The notes under the pieces are model-generated. The model worked only from the letters and a program-made list of their open reading frames with translations. It was not told where the DNA came from and did not search any database. From the NCBI GenBank assembly GCA_963822945.1, contig CAWGJO010000020.1, positions 64,001-128,000 of the forward strand: a stretch of DNA of 64,000 nt, written 5' to 3'. Of the stretch, positions 13,949 to 32,955 are shown in pieces. Position 1 is the stretch's first letter. Each line of letters opens with the position of its first letter. This DNA is from an uncultured Gemmatimonadaceae bacterium. GTDB lineage: Bacteria > Gemmatimonadota > Gemmatimonadetes > Gemmatimonadales > Gemmatimonadaceae. Position numbers and translations under genes: made by a program.

Positions 13949-15118
13949 TCAGTGCTCCATATCCCACGAGGGATTGTCTTCGTTGGCGCCCGGCACGACC
14001 ACCCGCAGGATCTCACCGGGAATCGGCGGGCCGAACCCGATGTTCGAGATGTACAGACGGCCGTCCGGCCCGAAGCGCATCGCCGTCGGCAGGAAGAGTC
14101 CGTCGACGATCACGTCCCGGTGTCCGAGTCGGTCGATCCGCACCACCCGCCCATTCAACGGCGTCGGGCTGTCGCCGGCCACCGTGGTGTTCTCCAGCAC
14201 GTAGAGCCGCCCCGCATGGTCGAAGTCCAGTCCCAGGACAGTCGTGAACCCACCGGCCACGTCGGAGATCGCTCCGGTCTTCGAAATGCGGATGATCTTC
14301 TGCGTCCCCGGTATCACGGGAAACGTGCCGAGGTCGCTGACGTAGTAGGCACCCCGCCGCTCGGCCACTACCGTCGGAACCCAATGCCCTTCCGTTGCCG
14401 AGATGTCCGCAATTCGACGGATGCGGCCAGTGCGCGGATTCACCCGAACGAAGTCCCCATGGTTCGGCTCGACGGCAACCAGCGAGGCACCCGACCGGAT
14501 CATGCTGAACCAAGTGCCCGTCGGTTCGAAGTCCTCATCCTCGATCACGGCCGTCGCATGGGTCATCTCGAAGGCGCCGAGATCGCTGATGATTCGCCAG
14601 GAGCCGTTCGGCCTCACCCGCGCGATCCCCTGCGGGACGTCGGGGCTTCCGTGGTCGCAGCCCCCGCCGGACATCATGGCGTACAGCGTCCTCCCTACGA
14701 AAGCGACGTCGGCCACGCCGGTGACGAGGCCGAGCTGGTTCTGCGCGGACGGAAATCCCTGCGCGAACACGGTCACGTTTCCGTGCCGGTCGATCCGTGA
14801 GATCCGGGAGGTTGGACCCGCGGTATACGGGCCCACCGGGGCCGGCACCTGTTGGCACTGCTCCGGCGTGGTGCCCTGGGTCCCGCCAGTGCCGGCCTCG
14901 GCCACGTACATGTCGCCGTTCGGTGCCCAGGCCATGCCGCGGGGGAATTCAAGGCCGCTGGCGAAGACCTCGGGTGTCAGCGGCAGCGTGGTCGGTGGCC
15001 TCCGATTGAGCGCGACACCAGCGTCGGGGGCGCTTCCGTTTTTCGGTGCGGTGCCTGACTCGCAGGCCACGAGCAGCGCAAGCACCACAGGGTAGAACAC
15101 GGTACGGCGACACAGCAT
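13949..15118 (-). CDS. ScyD/ScyE-family beta-propeller lipoprotein
   Basis: GGAGG RBS; lipobox LLVAC; ASGLEFPRGMAW..YVAEAGTGG, GPTSRISRI, PTAMRFGPDGRLYISN propeller repeats. Confidence 0.8.
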   Translation of the reverse strand: MLCRRTVFYPVVLALLVACESGTAPKNGSAPDAGVALNRRPPTTLPLTPEVFASGLEFPRGMAWAPNGDMYVAEAGTGGTQGTTPEQCQQVPAPVGPYTAGPTSRISRIDRHGNVTVFAQGFPSAQNQLGLVTGVADVAFVGRTLYAMMSGGGCDHGSPDVPQGIARVRPNGSWRIISDLGAFEMTHATAVIEDEDFEPTGTWFSMIRSGASLVAVEPNHGDFVRVNPRTGRIRRIADISATEGHWVPTVVAERRGAYYVSDLGTFPVIPGTQKIIRISKTGAISDVAGGFTTVLGLDFDHAGRLYVLENTTVAGDSPTPLNGRVVRIDRLGHRDVIVDGLFLPTAMRFGPDGRLYISNIGFGPPIPGEILRVVVPGANEDNPSWDMEH

Positions 15119-15168
15119 ACGACCTCCATGGGTGAACGAGCGTCGGTTGATGAGTCCGGGAGGGCGAC

Positions 15169-15226
15169 AGGGTACCGCCAGGGCGTCCGCCAGCCGTCCG
15201 GAGTTCGTCCGGACGGGGGTCCGGAC
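15169..15226 (-). promoter_or_regulatory. Candidate SARP-activated promoter of the ScyD/E-like gene
   Basis: CGTCCG at 15184, 15195, 15206 (11-bp period) plus GGTCCG at 15218; -10-like TACCCT at 15174-15169. Confidence 0.6.
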
Positions 15227-15300
15227 GGCTGCGGCGACCCTCTCTATCGGGAATCCGGAAGCGCCGTAGATTCTGGCCACCCCCGACGGCGGGATAGACG

Positions 15301-17328
15301 GTGACATCAACAGCACGAGAACCGATCCTCCTCCAGGTTCTCGGCCCGGTGTATCTGCGCCGGCCGGACGGCAGGCCCCTGCCCGCGCCGCTCACACAGC
15401 CCCGCCCGCTGGCCGTTCTGGCCTACCTCGCGCTGGCCCGCCCGCGCGGACTGCACTCGCGGGACACGCTCCTGGCCCTGCTTTGGCCCGAGGCCACTCA
15501 GGCCGGCGGCCGCCACGCCCTCCGCAACGCCCTCCACGCCGTCCGACAGGCGTTGGGAGAGGACGTCCTTGTCACCGCGGGCGATGCGCTCGTCGGAGTT
15601 GACCCGGGCCGGCTGGCCTGCGACGCCCTCCTGCTCGAGCAGGATCTCGCCGAAGGCCGGCTCGAGGAAGCCTTCCGCCGCTATCAGGGCGAGCTGCTGC
15701 AGGGATTCTTCGTCGCCAGCGCCCCCGGGTTCGAACGCTGGCTCGACGAGGAACGGCAGCGCATTCGGGAGGCGCTGCGGCACACGGCATGGCAGCGGGC
15801 CACACATCTGACGGACGGTGGCGATTGGCTGGGGGCGGCGGCCGAGGCGCGCCGGGCATACGCACTGGCGCCGGACGACGAGCGTGGACTGGGACGGCTG
15901 ATGGAATACCTCGCAGCGGCCGGTGATCGGACCGGCGCCCTGGAGCTGTTCGACGAATTCGCCGCCCGGCTCCACGACGAGTACGACATCCAGCCCTCGG
16001 CGGAGACGGTGGCGCGTGCCGATGCCATCCGGGCCGCCGTCCCAGCCGGCCCCGCAGTGAGGCGGGTCGGGCCGCCCACCCGCCGGATCATGGATCGGAC
16101 CGCCATCCCGACTACGGTGGCGGAACCGGAATTCACCACCGGCTCCAACCGCCCCCGGCTTCCGGTCACGCGTCGCCGCCAATGGTTCGGCGCCTTGGCT
16201 GTCGTGGCCACGATCATCATCGCGAGCCTCATAGCCATGGTCCGGCGATCCCCGGCCGGCACGGAGCTGTCGGACCCGATGGCCCGACAGGCGCGGCAGC
16301 AGGTAACGGCGCTGGGCGCCACACTACCCGCCCGTTACCGGGCGGACACGGCGCACTTCCGGCGCTACTTCCGGGCCGAGGAGATCCTGGACCGCGGGTT
16401 CGTGACGGAGGCGCGCGACAGCATGCGCCGACTGACCGAAGACGCGCCGTTCTACGCCCCGGGCTGGACGGGCTACGCGTCGGCGTTGAGTCTGTCAGGC
16501 TTCGCCGACATCCCGCCCAAGGAAGCGCTTCCCCGCTCGCTCGCTGCCGCCGAGCGGGGATTGGCGCTCGACAGCACGCTGCTGGAAGGAGCCGTCGTCC
16601 TGATCGCGTACGACATGTTCGGGCGCTGGGATCTCGACGCGGCGCATGCAAAGCTGAACGCGGCGCTGGCCCGGGCCCCCGACGATCCCGCGCTGAACAA
16701 CGTGTTGGCCGCCTGGTATCGATGGCGGGGCGATCTGGCCAAGGCAGTCGAGGTGAAGCGGCGCGCGGCCGCGCTTCAGCCGCTGTCCCGATGGCTCAAC
16801 GAGCAGGTGGCGTGGAATCTCTATCTGTCCCACCGCTGCGCGGAGGCGGCGGAGATCTACCGGCGGCTGGTGACCGAGGGATTCATCACGGTCGACGAGG
16901 ATCTCAGACTCTTTCATACGTACAAGTGCATGGGGCGCCTCGACGACGCGGCGGCGGCGTTGCACGCGTCGCTGCTGCGCGCCGGGGACTCGGCGCTGGC
17001 CCGGCTGCTCGATCCGCCGCTCGACTCCACGCGACGCGACGCGGCGTTTCGCGCAGTGGCCCGCGCGCGGCTGGACCGCTACCTGGCCGCGCGGAAGCAC
17101 GGGTGGCGCCCGTCCGAGACGGCCGTCTTCGACTACGCGGACCTCGGGGACGCCGACTCGACGTTGATCTGGCTCGATTCCATGTGGGTCGAGCGGTCGA
17201 TGCATCTGCACGTCGTGCCGTTCGACCCGGCGCTCGATTTTCTGCGGTCCGATCCGCGGTTCAAGTCCTTCGTTGCGAGGCTCCCGTGGAAGCCCAGGCT
17301 CGACGCGGGCGCCGATCCGAACCGGTGA
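15301..17328 (+). CDS. SARP/AfsR-like transcriptional regulator (wHTH + BTAD), one TM helix, C-terminal TPR region
   Basis: LQVLGPV, LAVLAYLAL, SRDTLLALLWPE, LRNALHAVRQALG, YQGELLQGF, FERWLDEER; TM WFGALAVVATIIIASLIAM; PALDFLRSDPRF tail. Confidence 0.88.
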   Translation: MTSTAREPILLQVLGPVYLRRPDGRPLPAPLTQPRPLAVLAYLALARPRGLHSRDTLLALLWPEATQAGGRHALRNALHAVRQALGEDVLVTAGDALVGVDPGRLACDALLLEQDLAEGRLEEAFRRYQGELLQGFFVASAPGFERWLDEERQRIREALRHTAWQRATHLTDGGDWLGAAAEARRAYALAPDDERGLGRLMEYLAAAGDRTGALELFDEFAARLHDEYDIQPSAETVARADAIRAAVPAGPAVRRVGPPTRRIMDRTAIPTTVAEPEFTTGSNRPRLPVTRRRQWFGALAVVATIIIASLIAMVRRSPAGTELSDPMARQARQQVTALGATLPARYRADTAHFRRYFRAEEILDRGFVTEARDSMRRLTEDAPFYAPGWTGYASALSLSGFADIPPKEALPRSLAAAERGLALDSTLLEGAVVLIAYDMFGRWDLDAAHAKLNAALARAPDDPALNNVLAAWYRWRGDLAKAVEVKRRAAALQPLSRWLNEQVAWNLYLSHRCAEAAEIYRRLVTEGFITVDEDLRLFHTYKCMGRLDDAAAALHASLLRAGDSALARLLDPPLDSTRRDAAFRAVARARLDRYLAARKHGWRPSETAVFDYADLGDADSTLIWLDSMWVERSMHLHVVPFDPALDFLRSDPRFKSFVARLPWKPRLDAGADPNR

Positions 17329-17381
17329 CGCCAGCCGGCGGGCGCACGGCGGCGAACTCGTGTCGCGGCGGGGACCGACGC

Positions 17382-17421
17382 ACGACGCCCCGCCCGGTGC
17401 TGGGACCGGGCGGGGCGTCGT
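17382..17421. terminator. 17-bp GC hairpin between the convergent SARP gene and rpsG
   Basis: ACGACGCCCCGCCCGGT-GCTGGG-ACCGGGCGGGGCGTCGT. Confidence 0.7.
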
Positions 17422-17443
17422 CGTAGCGAAGATCGAAGCGCGC

Positions 17444-17914
17444 TTACCAGCGATAGTGCGCGAATGCCTTGTTCGCGTCGGCCATGCGGTGCGTGTCTTC
17501 CTTCTTCTTGACCGAGTTGCCTTCGCCCTTGGACGCGGCAATCACCTCGGCGGCCAGCTTCTCGGCCATCGACTTCTCGCCGCGGTCGCGGGAATACGAG
17601 ATCAGCCAGCGCATGGCGAGCGCGGTGCGGCGCTCCGGGCGGACCTCGACCGGCACCTGGTACGTGGCGCCGCCGACGCGGCGGCTCTTCACCTCGACCA
17701 CCGGCTTCACGTTGGACAGCGCCTGCTTGAACACGTTCACGCCGGGCTGGCTGGTCTTCTCTTCCACGATGTCCATCGCGCCGTAGAAGATGCGTTCGGC
17801 GGTGGACTTCTTGCCGGCGAGCATCATCGCGTTGATGAACTTCGAGACGGTCTGGCTATCGTAGCGCGCATCGGGCAGGACGCTGCGCTTTACGGCACTC
17901 TTGCGACGGCTCAT
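17444..17914 (-). CDS. rpsG: 30S ribosomal protein S7
   Basis: [27 protein letters not shown]. Confidence 0.99.
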   Translation of the reverse strand: MSRRKSAVKRSVLPDARYDSQTVSKFINAMMLAGKKSTAERIFYGAMDIVEEKTSQPGVNVFKQALSNVKPVVEVKSRRVGGATYQVPVEVRPERRTALAMRWLISYSRDRGEKSMAEKLAAEVIAASKGEGNSVKKKEDTHRMADANKAFAHYRW

Positions 17915-17917
17915 GGT

Positions 17918-18298
<381 letters not shown>

Positions 18299-18368
18299 GA
18301 ACCTGTGCTGTTCGTGAATCTGCTTCTACGTGAATCGCCCCAGATGGGCGGCACGGAACAGAACCCTT

Positions 18369-18397
18369 AAGGTAGCCGTCGCGGCGGGGTCGGTCAA
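18369..18397 (-). promoter_or_regulatory. Sigma70-like promoter of rpsL
   Basis: TTGACC-17 nt-TACCTT, 70 nt upstream of rpsL. Confidence 0.65.
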
Positions 18398-18452
18398 GGC
18401 GTGTAAACCCGCTCCCCGGCAACCGTTACGGCACGTCGCACACCGAAACGAA

Positions 18453-18480
18453 CGGCCCGCCGGACGAATCCGGCGGGCCG
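18453..18480 (-). terminator. Intrinsic terminator after rpoC
   Basis: 12-bp stem CGGCCCGCCGGA with TTCG loop on the minus strand, followed by TTCGTTT. Confidence 0.75.
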
Positions 18481-18506
18481 CCTGTCTGGTGCGGAACGAA
18501 GGACCG

Positions 18507-22824
<4,318 letters not shown>

Positions 22825-22827
22825 CGC

Positions 22828-27417
<4,590 letters not shown>

Positions 27418-27563
27418 GGCTCACCCGCGCAAGCGAAAAAACGACCGGGACCCCCGACGCGCGAAAGGGCGCGTGGGGCAGGCCGTGTTGCCACGAAACC
27501 GACGATTGTGGTGCTGGGATGCGATATCACTAATGGCAGACCGGCGAAGGGAAAGGGAGACGG

Positions 27564-27595
27564 GGTGGGACCGCGGCGGAAGCCGCGGTCCCACC
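27564..27595 (-). terminator. Hairpin after rplL (terminator/attenuator before rpoB)
   Basis: GGTGGGACCGCGGC-4 nt-GCCGCGGTCCCACC followed by a pyrimidine run on the minus strand. Confidence 0.65.
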
Positions 27596-27604
27596 GGAAC
27601 CGGC

Positions 27605-27997
27605 TCACTTCACTTCGACGACTGCGCCCTGCTCTTCCAACTTGGCCTTGACGGCGGCCGCCTCGTCCTTGGACACGCCGGACTTCACGGCCTGCGGAGC
27701 GCCGTCCACCATGTCCTTCGCCTCCTTGAGGCCGAGACCGGTGAGTTCACGGACCACCTTGATGACCTGGATCTTCTTGCTGCCCGCTTCCTTGAGGACG
27801 ACGTCGAACTCCGTCTGCTCCTCAGCCGCCGGCGCGGCGGCCGCGCCGCCGCCCGCGGGTGCGCCACCCACCGGGGCGGCCGCGATCGTGACGTTGAACT
27901 TCTCCTTGAAGGCCTCAATCAGCTCGGACAACTCGAACACCGACATGTTCCCGATGGCGTCGAGAATTTCGTCCTTGCCCATCGTCGCATTTGCCAT
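27605..27997 (-). CDS. rplL: 50S ribosomal protein L7/L12
   Basis: [29 protein letters not shown]. Confidence 0.98.
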   Translation of the reverse strand: MANATMGKDEILDAIGNMSVFELSELIEAFKEKFNVTIAAAPVGGAPAGGGAAAAPAAEEQTEFDVVLKEAGSKKIQVIKVVRELTGLGLKEAKDMVDGAPQAVKSGVSKDEAAAVKAKLEEQGAVVEVK

Positions 27998-28064
27998 TGT
28001 CGTTCTCTCCTCGTCGTTCCCAGGGTCCCCTGGGGCGTTGGTCAGGCGATACGCCTGGGAATTA

Positions 28065-28580
28065 TCAGGCGCCCTCGCGCTGCGTCTTCAGCGCGTCGAG
28101 CGATCCAGCGAACATGTACAGCAGGCCATTCATGGCGCCCAGGAAGGCGGCCATCGGGGACTGCAATCCGGCGCCCAGCTCGGCGAGCATCTGCTCGCGC
28201 GACGGCATGGCCGCCAACTTCTTGACCTGCTCCGAGTCGAGGGCGCGGCCCTCCATCAGGCCGCCCTTCACCACCGGCTTCTGGTCGTTCTCCCTGGCGA
28301 AGTCGGAGAGCACTTTGGCCGCCACCAGCGGGTCGTTGGACACGACGAGACCCGTGGGGCCCCGCAGCGGCTGACTCAGCAATCCTGCTTCCTGCACGGC
28401 CCGGAGGGCCAGAGTGTTCTTGATGACCACGTACTCCACATTGGCCTTGCGCAGCCGGCGCCGGAGCTCCGTCATGCGCTTCACGTTCAGCCCGGTGAAG
28501 TCGGTGTAATACAGCGTGTTGGCCCCCGCCATCTTCTCTCGCAGCTCGGTGACGAGCTGTTCCTTGTCGGCTCGTTTCAT
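28065..28580 (-). CDS. rplJ: 50S ribosomal protein L10
   Basis: [27 protein letters not shown]. Confidence 0.97.
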   Translation of the reverse strand: MKRADKEQLVTELREKMAGANTLYYTDFTGLNVKRMTELRRRLRKANVEYVVIKNTLALRAVQEAGLLSQPLRGPTGLVVSNDPLVAAKVLSDFARENDQKPVVKGGLMEGRALDSEQVKKLAAMPSREQMLAELGAGLQSPMAAFLGAMNGLLYMFAGSLDALKTQREGA

Positions 28581-28586
28581 CGCTCG

Positions 28587-29276
28587 TTACCGGTAGGGGG
28601 TGGTATCGACCATGACGCCGGGGCCCATCGTGCTCGAGACCGCGACGTTCCGTACGTAGACGCCCTTGGCGGCGGTGGGCTTGGCCCGGACCACCTGATC
28701 CATGAACGCCGTGAAATTCTGTTCCAGCGCATCGAGCCCGAACGAGACCTTGCCGATGGCGGCGTGGAGATTCCCCGCCTTGTCGACCCGGAACTCGATC
28801 TTGCCGGCCTTGGTCTCCGCGACCGCGGCCCCGACGTTGAACGTCACCGTTCCCGCCTTCGGATTGGGCATCAGGCCGCGGGGACCGAGAATCCGGCCGA
28901 GCGCGCCCAGCTGCCCCATCTGATCGGGCGTGGCGATGAGGACGTCGAAGTCGAGCCATCCATCCTTGATCTTCTGGATGAACTCGACGCCGGCATAGTC
29001 GGCGCCGGCATCCTGCGCTTCCTTCAGTTTGTCGCCGACCGCGATCACGAGCACCCGCACCGCCTTTCCGGTACCCGCCGGAAGGACGACGGTGCCGCGC
29101 ACCACCTGGTCGGCATGCCGCGGATCGACGCCGAGGCGAACCGCCACCTCGACCGTTTCATCGAACTTCGCGAATGCCGCCGACTTCACCAGATCCAGCG
29201 CCTGCCGGGCCTGGTACGCGGTCTTGAGCTCGCGCCGCTTGGCGGCGGCTTCGTAGTTCTTGCCGTGGGTGCGCAT
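28587..29276 (-). CDS. rplA: 50S ribosomal protein L1
   Basis: [29 protein letters not shown]. Confidence 0.98.
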   Translation of the reverse strand: MRTHGKNYEAAAKRRELKTAYQARQALDLVKSAAFAKFDETVEVAVRLGVDPRHADQVVRGTVVLPAGTGKAVRVLVIAVGDKLKEAQDAGADYAGVEFIQKIKDGWLDFDVLIATPDQMGQLGALGRILGPRGLMPNPKAGTVTFNVGAAVAETKAGKIEFRVDKAGNLHAAIGKVSFGLDALEQNFTAFMDQVVRAKPTAAKGVYVRNVAVSSTMGPGVMVDTTPYR

Positions 29277-29701
29277 CAGTCCGCCACCTCGAGCCCCATC
29301 GAACGCGCCGCGCCGGCTACCATGGCCATGGCGGATTCGATGGAGTCACAGTTGAGATCGGGCATCTTGATCTCGGCGATCTTGCGCAGCTGCGCCCGAG
29401 TCACGCTTCCCACCTTGTTCCGATTGGGCTGTCCAGATCCCTTCTCGATCCCCAGTTCCTTCTTGAGGAGCACCGCCGCCGGCGGCGTCTTCAGAATGAA
29501 GGTGAACGACTTGTCGGCGTAGATCGTGACCTCGACCGGCAGGATGATCCCATCCTGGCTCTGCGTCCGGGAGTTGAACTCCTTGCAGAAGGCCATGATG
29601 TTGATGCCCTGCGGACCGAGCGCCGTGCCGACCGGGGGCGCGGGGTTGGCGCGTCCGGCCGGGATCTGCAGCTTGACGAACCCGGTGACTTTCTTGGCCA
29701 T
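29276..29701 (-). CDS. rplK: 50S ribosomal protein L11
   Basis: [22 protein letters not shown]. Confidence 0.98.
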   Translation of the reverse strand: MAKKVTGFVKLQIPAGRANPAPPVGTALGPQGINIMAFCKEFNSRTQSQDGIILPVEVTIYADKSFTFILKTPPAAVLLKKELGIEKGSGQPNRNKVGSVTRAQLRKIAEIKMPDLNCDSIESAMAMVAGAARSMGLEVAD

Positions 29702-29840
29702 AGGACTCCTATCACGTTGGCCGCGACTCAGCGCGCGGCAAACTCCCACTGTTGTTTCCGGCGTCGGAGTGGTGGCCGACGGAACCGCATCCCAACACCG
29801 TCCGACCGTCGTGGTGTCCGACGGTCAGCCAGTCAAACAG

Positions 29841-30383
29841 TCAGTACGCTTTGAGCTGGAGATAGTCCAACTCAACGGACGTCGGCCGCCCGAACAGCGA
29901 CACCGACACCCGCACCTTGCCCTTGTCGGGCATCACCTCTTCCACCGTGCCGTTGAAGTCGGTGAACGGCCCTTCGGTGATCGCCACCGCCTGGCCCACG
30001 AGGAAGGGGATCTCCTCCACCGGCTCCTGTGGTTCGACTTCTTCCGTGATGCCGAGCAGCCGGTTGACTTCGTCCGGCCGCAGCGGCTGTGGCAGCCGAT
30101 CCTGTCCCACGAACTTGATCACGCCCTGGATCGAGTTGATGACATGCAGGGTCTCCTGGTTCATGTCCATCTCGACCAGCACGTACCCGGGGAACAGCTT
30201 CCGCTCCACGTTGACCTTCTTGCCGTTCTTGATCTCCACGACTTCCTGCGTCGGCACCAGCGCCTGACGGATCGGACGCACGGTCGGCTCGCGGGGATCC
30301 TGATCGATCTTCCGCTGGACGAGCGAACGGACCTTGTTCTCGTGTCCGGACGTCGTCTGTATGGCGTACCAGCGATGCTCCAT
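29841..30383 (-). CDS. nusG: Transcription termination/antitermination factor NusG
   Basis: RWYAIQTTSGHENKV; FPGYVLV; GPFTDF; FGRPTSVEL. Confidence 0.97.
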   Translation of the reverse strand: MEHRWYAIQTTSGHENKVRSLVQRKIDQDPREPTVRPIRQALVPTQEVVEIKNGKKVNVERKLFPGYVLVEMDMNQETLHVINSIQGVIKFVGQDRLPQPLRPDEVNRLLGITEEVEPQEPVEEIPFLVGQAVAITEGPFTDFNGTVEEVMPDKGKVRVSVSLFGRPTSVELDYLQLKAY

Positions 30384-30388
30384 GCCGG

Positions 30389-30631
30389 CTACCCGAGGAA
30401 CAGGCGCGGCAGAAGGGTCACGAGCACCCCCTGCAGGACGAAATCCATGATCGTGATCGCCATGCCGATGAGCAGCACGAAGATGATGATCGCGATCGTG
30501 GCCGAGCGCACCTGCGGGAAATCCGGCCACGTCACCTTGCGCAACTCGGCCATCACCGAGTGGTAGTACGCGATGCTGCCGCGGACGAACCCGACCTTCG
30601 GCTCCCCCCCGGAAGTGGTCACGTCAGCCAT
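30389..30631 (-). CDS. secE: Preprotein translocase subunit SecE
   Basis: ELRKVTWP followed by one TM helix; position before nusG. Confidence 0.95.
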   Translation of the reverse strand: MADVTTSGGEPKVGFVRGSIAYYHSVMAELRKVTWPDFPQVRSATIAIIIFVLLIGMAITIMDFVLQGVLVTLLPRLFLG

Positions 30632-30633
30632 GA

Positions 30634-30786
30634 TTACTTGGTTTCCTTGTGCACCTGATGCTTGTTGCAACGCGGACAATACTTCTTCCACTCCACGCGC
30701 TCCGGATGGAGGCGGCGGTTCTTCATGGTGAAGTAGTTCCGGTTCTTGCACTCGCTGCACGCGAGGATGATTTTTTCGCGAGGCAT
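30634..30786 (-). CDS. rpmG: 50S ribosomal protein L33 (Zn-binding type)
   Basis: Manual translation [50 protein letters not shown]. Confidence 0.96.
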   Translation of the reverse strand: MPREKIILACSECKNRNYFTMKNRRLHPERVEWKKYCPRCNKHQVHKETK

Positions 30787-30852
30787 CTCAAGTTCTCGTG
30801 TTGACCGCACCCGTGATGGCGCGGGTCCCGCTTCCTGCCGTCAATCGTCCAG

Positions 30853-30925
30853 AGCTCGCGATCGGGATTGAACCGATGACCTCACCCTTACCAAGGGTGT
30901 GCTCTACCAACTGAGCTACGCGAGC
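30853..30925 (-). tRNA. tRNA-Thr (GGT)
   Basis: GCTCGCGTAGCTCAGTTGGTAGAGC...CTTGGTAAG...GGTTCAATCC cloverleaf; no encoded CCA. Confidence 0.96.
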
Positions 30926-31046
30926 AACGATGTCCCTGCCCCGCTGACGCGGGTCCCACCGAAACCACGAGCCGCCACGAGTGCTGCGGCGGCCCGCCGA
31001 GCCGATCTCCTGCCACCTGCCGTTGTGCCCTGCGGCCCTGATCCAG

Positions 31047-31119
31047 AGCGGGAGACGGGGCTCGAACCCGCGACATCAAGCTTGGAAGGCTTGCGCTCTA
31101 CCAGCTGAGCTACTCCCGC
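31047..31119 (-). tRNA. tRNA-Gly (TCC)
   Basis: GCGGGAGTAGCTCAGCTGG...CCTTCCAAG...GGTTCGAGCC; no encoded CCA. Confidence 0.96.
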
Positions 31120-31166
31120 GTTTCCCCCTCTCTCGTTCCCCGACGGTTGCGCACCGCACACACCGA

Positions 31167-31249
31167 TGGTGGGGGAAGGATTCGAACCTTCGAAGGCATA
31201 AGCCGGCAGATTTACAGTCTGCTCCCGTTGGCCGCTTGGGTACCCCACC
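31167..31249 (-). tRNA. tRNA-Tyr (GTA)
   Basis: GGTGGGGTACCCAAGCGG...CTGTAAA...long variable arm...GGTTCGAATCC. Confidence 0.96.
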
Positions 31250-31305
31250 GTCGTACGCGCCCACACTCGCCCGCGCGCCAGACCTCACGCGCACGTTCGA
31301 CTCAG

Positions 31306-31378
31306 AGCTGACGGCGAGAATCGAACTCGCAACCGCCTGATTACAAATCAGGTGCTCTGCCAATTGAGCTACGTCAGC
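31306..31378 (-). tRNA. tRNA-Thr (TGT)
   Basis: GCTGACGTAGCTCAATTGG...ATTTGTAAT...GTTCGATTC; no encoded CCA. Confidence 0.96.
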
Positions 31379-31405
31379 AACCGGGCAGTTTTGCGCGAGA
31401 CTCGT

Positions 31406-31434
31406 AGGATACCAGAGCGCATTTCAAGTGTCAA
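31406..31434 (-). promoter_or_regulatory. Sigma70 promoter of the tRNA-rpmG-secE-nusG operon
   Basis: TTGACA-17 nt-TATCCT, 27 nt upstream of tRNA-Thr. Confidence 0.8.
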
Positions 31435-31528
31435 GCCGCACAGCGAAGCACACTTACGACCGTCCACCTCGCGCCCCGCCAATCCGGACCTCCAGAAACG
31501 CAAATCCGACCCGAAACAAAGGTTTCTC

Positions 31529-32947
31529 CTAGCCCACCCGCTTCCACTTCGTGCCCGACGGCGTATCCTCGATCGCGATCCCGCGCCCCGTCAACTCCGC
31601 CCGGATCCGATCCGCCTCCCCGAAGTCCCGACGGCCCCGCGCCTCCTGACGCGCCCCCAACCGCTCCTCCACCCACTTCACGAGCTCCGGATCCTCCACC
31701 GTCCGATCCGGGATCAGATCCAACACCCCGTTCATCCGCTCGAACGCCGACCGCGCCGCCGCCAGCCCGGCGGCGTCCTGCCCACGGCGATCCAGCTCGG
31801 CGTTTGCCGCATTGATGAAAGTGAACAGCGCCCCCGTCGCCTTCGGAGCATTGAGGTCGTCGAACAACGCCGCCTCGAACGCCACTTCCGCGTCGCGCGC
31901 CACCGCCGCCAGCGCCGGCGTCCCGCCCTCGGCCTGCGCCAGCCGCTCCGCGAAGTCGCCCACGCGCCGCACGGCCTCGGCGCTGGCCTCCAGCGCCTCG
32001 TCCGACAGGTTGAGTTCCTTGCGATAGTGCGCGCTGAAGATGAAGTGCCGGATGGCCGCCGCCGAGACGTGCGCCTCGCGAAGCCCCTGCACGGTGCTCA
32101 CGTTGCCCACCCGCTTGGCCATCTTCGTCCCGTCGGTGAGCAGGAACGCCCCGTGGCACCAGAAGCGCGCGAACGGCACACCCGTGGCCGCCTCCGATTG
32201 CGCGATCTCGTCCTCGTGATGCGGGAAGACGAGGTCGACGCCGCCGGTGTGGATGTCGAGCGTGTCGCCAAGCAGGTCCATGGCCATCGCCGAGCACTCG
32301 AGATGCCAGCCGGGACGGCCGCGCCCCCACGGAGAATCCCACGCCGCGCCTACCTGCTCGTCCTCGGGCTTCGCCGCCTTCCACAGCGCGAAGTCCTGCG
32401 CATTCTCCTTGGCGTAGTCGTCCTGCGCCACGCGCGCACCCGACTTGATCTCGCGCGTGTCGAGACGGGAGAGCCGCCCGTACTGCGGAAAGCGCGCGAT
32501 GGCGAAGTACACCGATCCGTCTTCGGCTTCGTACGCCACGCCCGCCTGCACCAGCCGCTCCACGAGCGCGATCATCTGCGGGATGTACTGCGTGGCCTTC
32601 GGGTAGACCTCGGCCGGTTCGATGCGGAGGTACCGCCGGTCGGCGTCGAAGATCTCCGTGACGGGCTCGGTGATCTCGCCGATCTGCGTTCCCTGTTCCA
32701 CCGCCCGCTTGATGATCTTGTCGTCGACGTCGGTGAGGTTCATGACCTGGCGCACCTTCCATCCGCGCAGCCGCAGGGCGCGGCGCAGCAGGTCGTTGAA
32801 CAGGAAGGTGCGGAAGTTCCCCAGGTGGGCCGGGTTGTACACCGTGGGGCCACAGCTGTAGAACCGCACCGTCTCACCGTCGGCGGGCACGAACGGCTCG
32901 ACCCGGCGGGTGAGCGTGTTGTACAGGCGAAAGTCGGGGGCAGGCAT
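31529..32947 (-). CDS. cysS: Cysteine--tRNA ligase
   Basis: YNTLTR, CGPTVY..AHLGN, DFALWK, GRPGWHLECS, FPHHEDEIAQ. Confidence 0.97.
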   Translation of the reverse strand: MPAPDFRLYNTLTRRVEPFVPADGETVRFYSCGPTVYNPAHLGNFRTFLFNDLLRRALRLRGWKVRQVMNLTDVDDKIIKRAVEQGTQIGEITEPVTEIFDADRRYLRIEPAEVYPKATQYIPQMIALVERLVQAGVAYEAEDGSVYFAIARFPQYGRLSRLDTREIKSGARVAQDDYAKENAQDFALWKAAKPEDEQVGAAWDSPWGRGRPGWHLECSAMAMDLLGDTLDIHTGGVDLVFPHHEDEIAQSEAATGVPFARFWCHGAFLLTDGTKMAKRVGNVSTVQGLREAHVSAAAIRHFIFSAHYRKELNLSDEALEASAEAVRRVGDFAERLAQAEGGTPALAAVARDAEVAFEAALFDDLNAPKATGALFTFINAANAELDRRGQDAAGLAAARSAFERMNGVLDLIPDRTVEDPELVKWVEERLGARQEARGRRDFGEADRIRAELTGRGIAIEDTPSGTKWKRVG

Positions 32948-32955
32948 GGGCGTGT

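Noticed and set aside
13949..15118. Scytonemin biosynthesis cluster
   Set aside because: Only a lone ScyD/E-like propeller is present; no scyA, scyB or scyC.
13290..17440. Prophage, IS or integrative element as the source of the insert in the str operon
   Set aside because: No integrase, transposase, att-like or target-site duplication visible.
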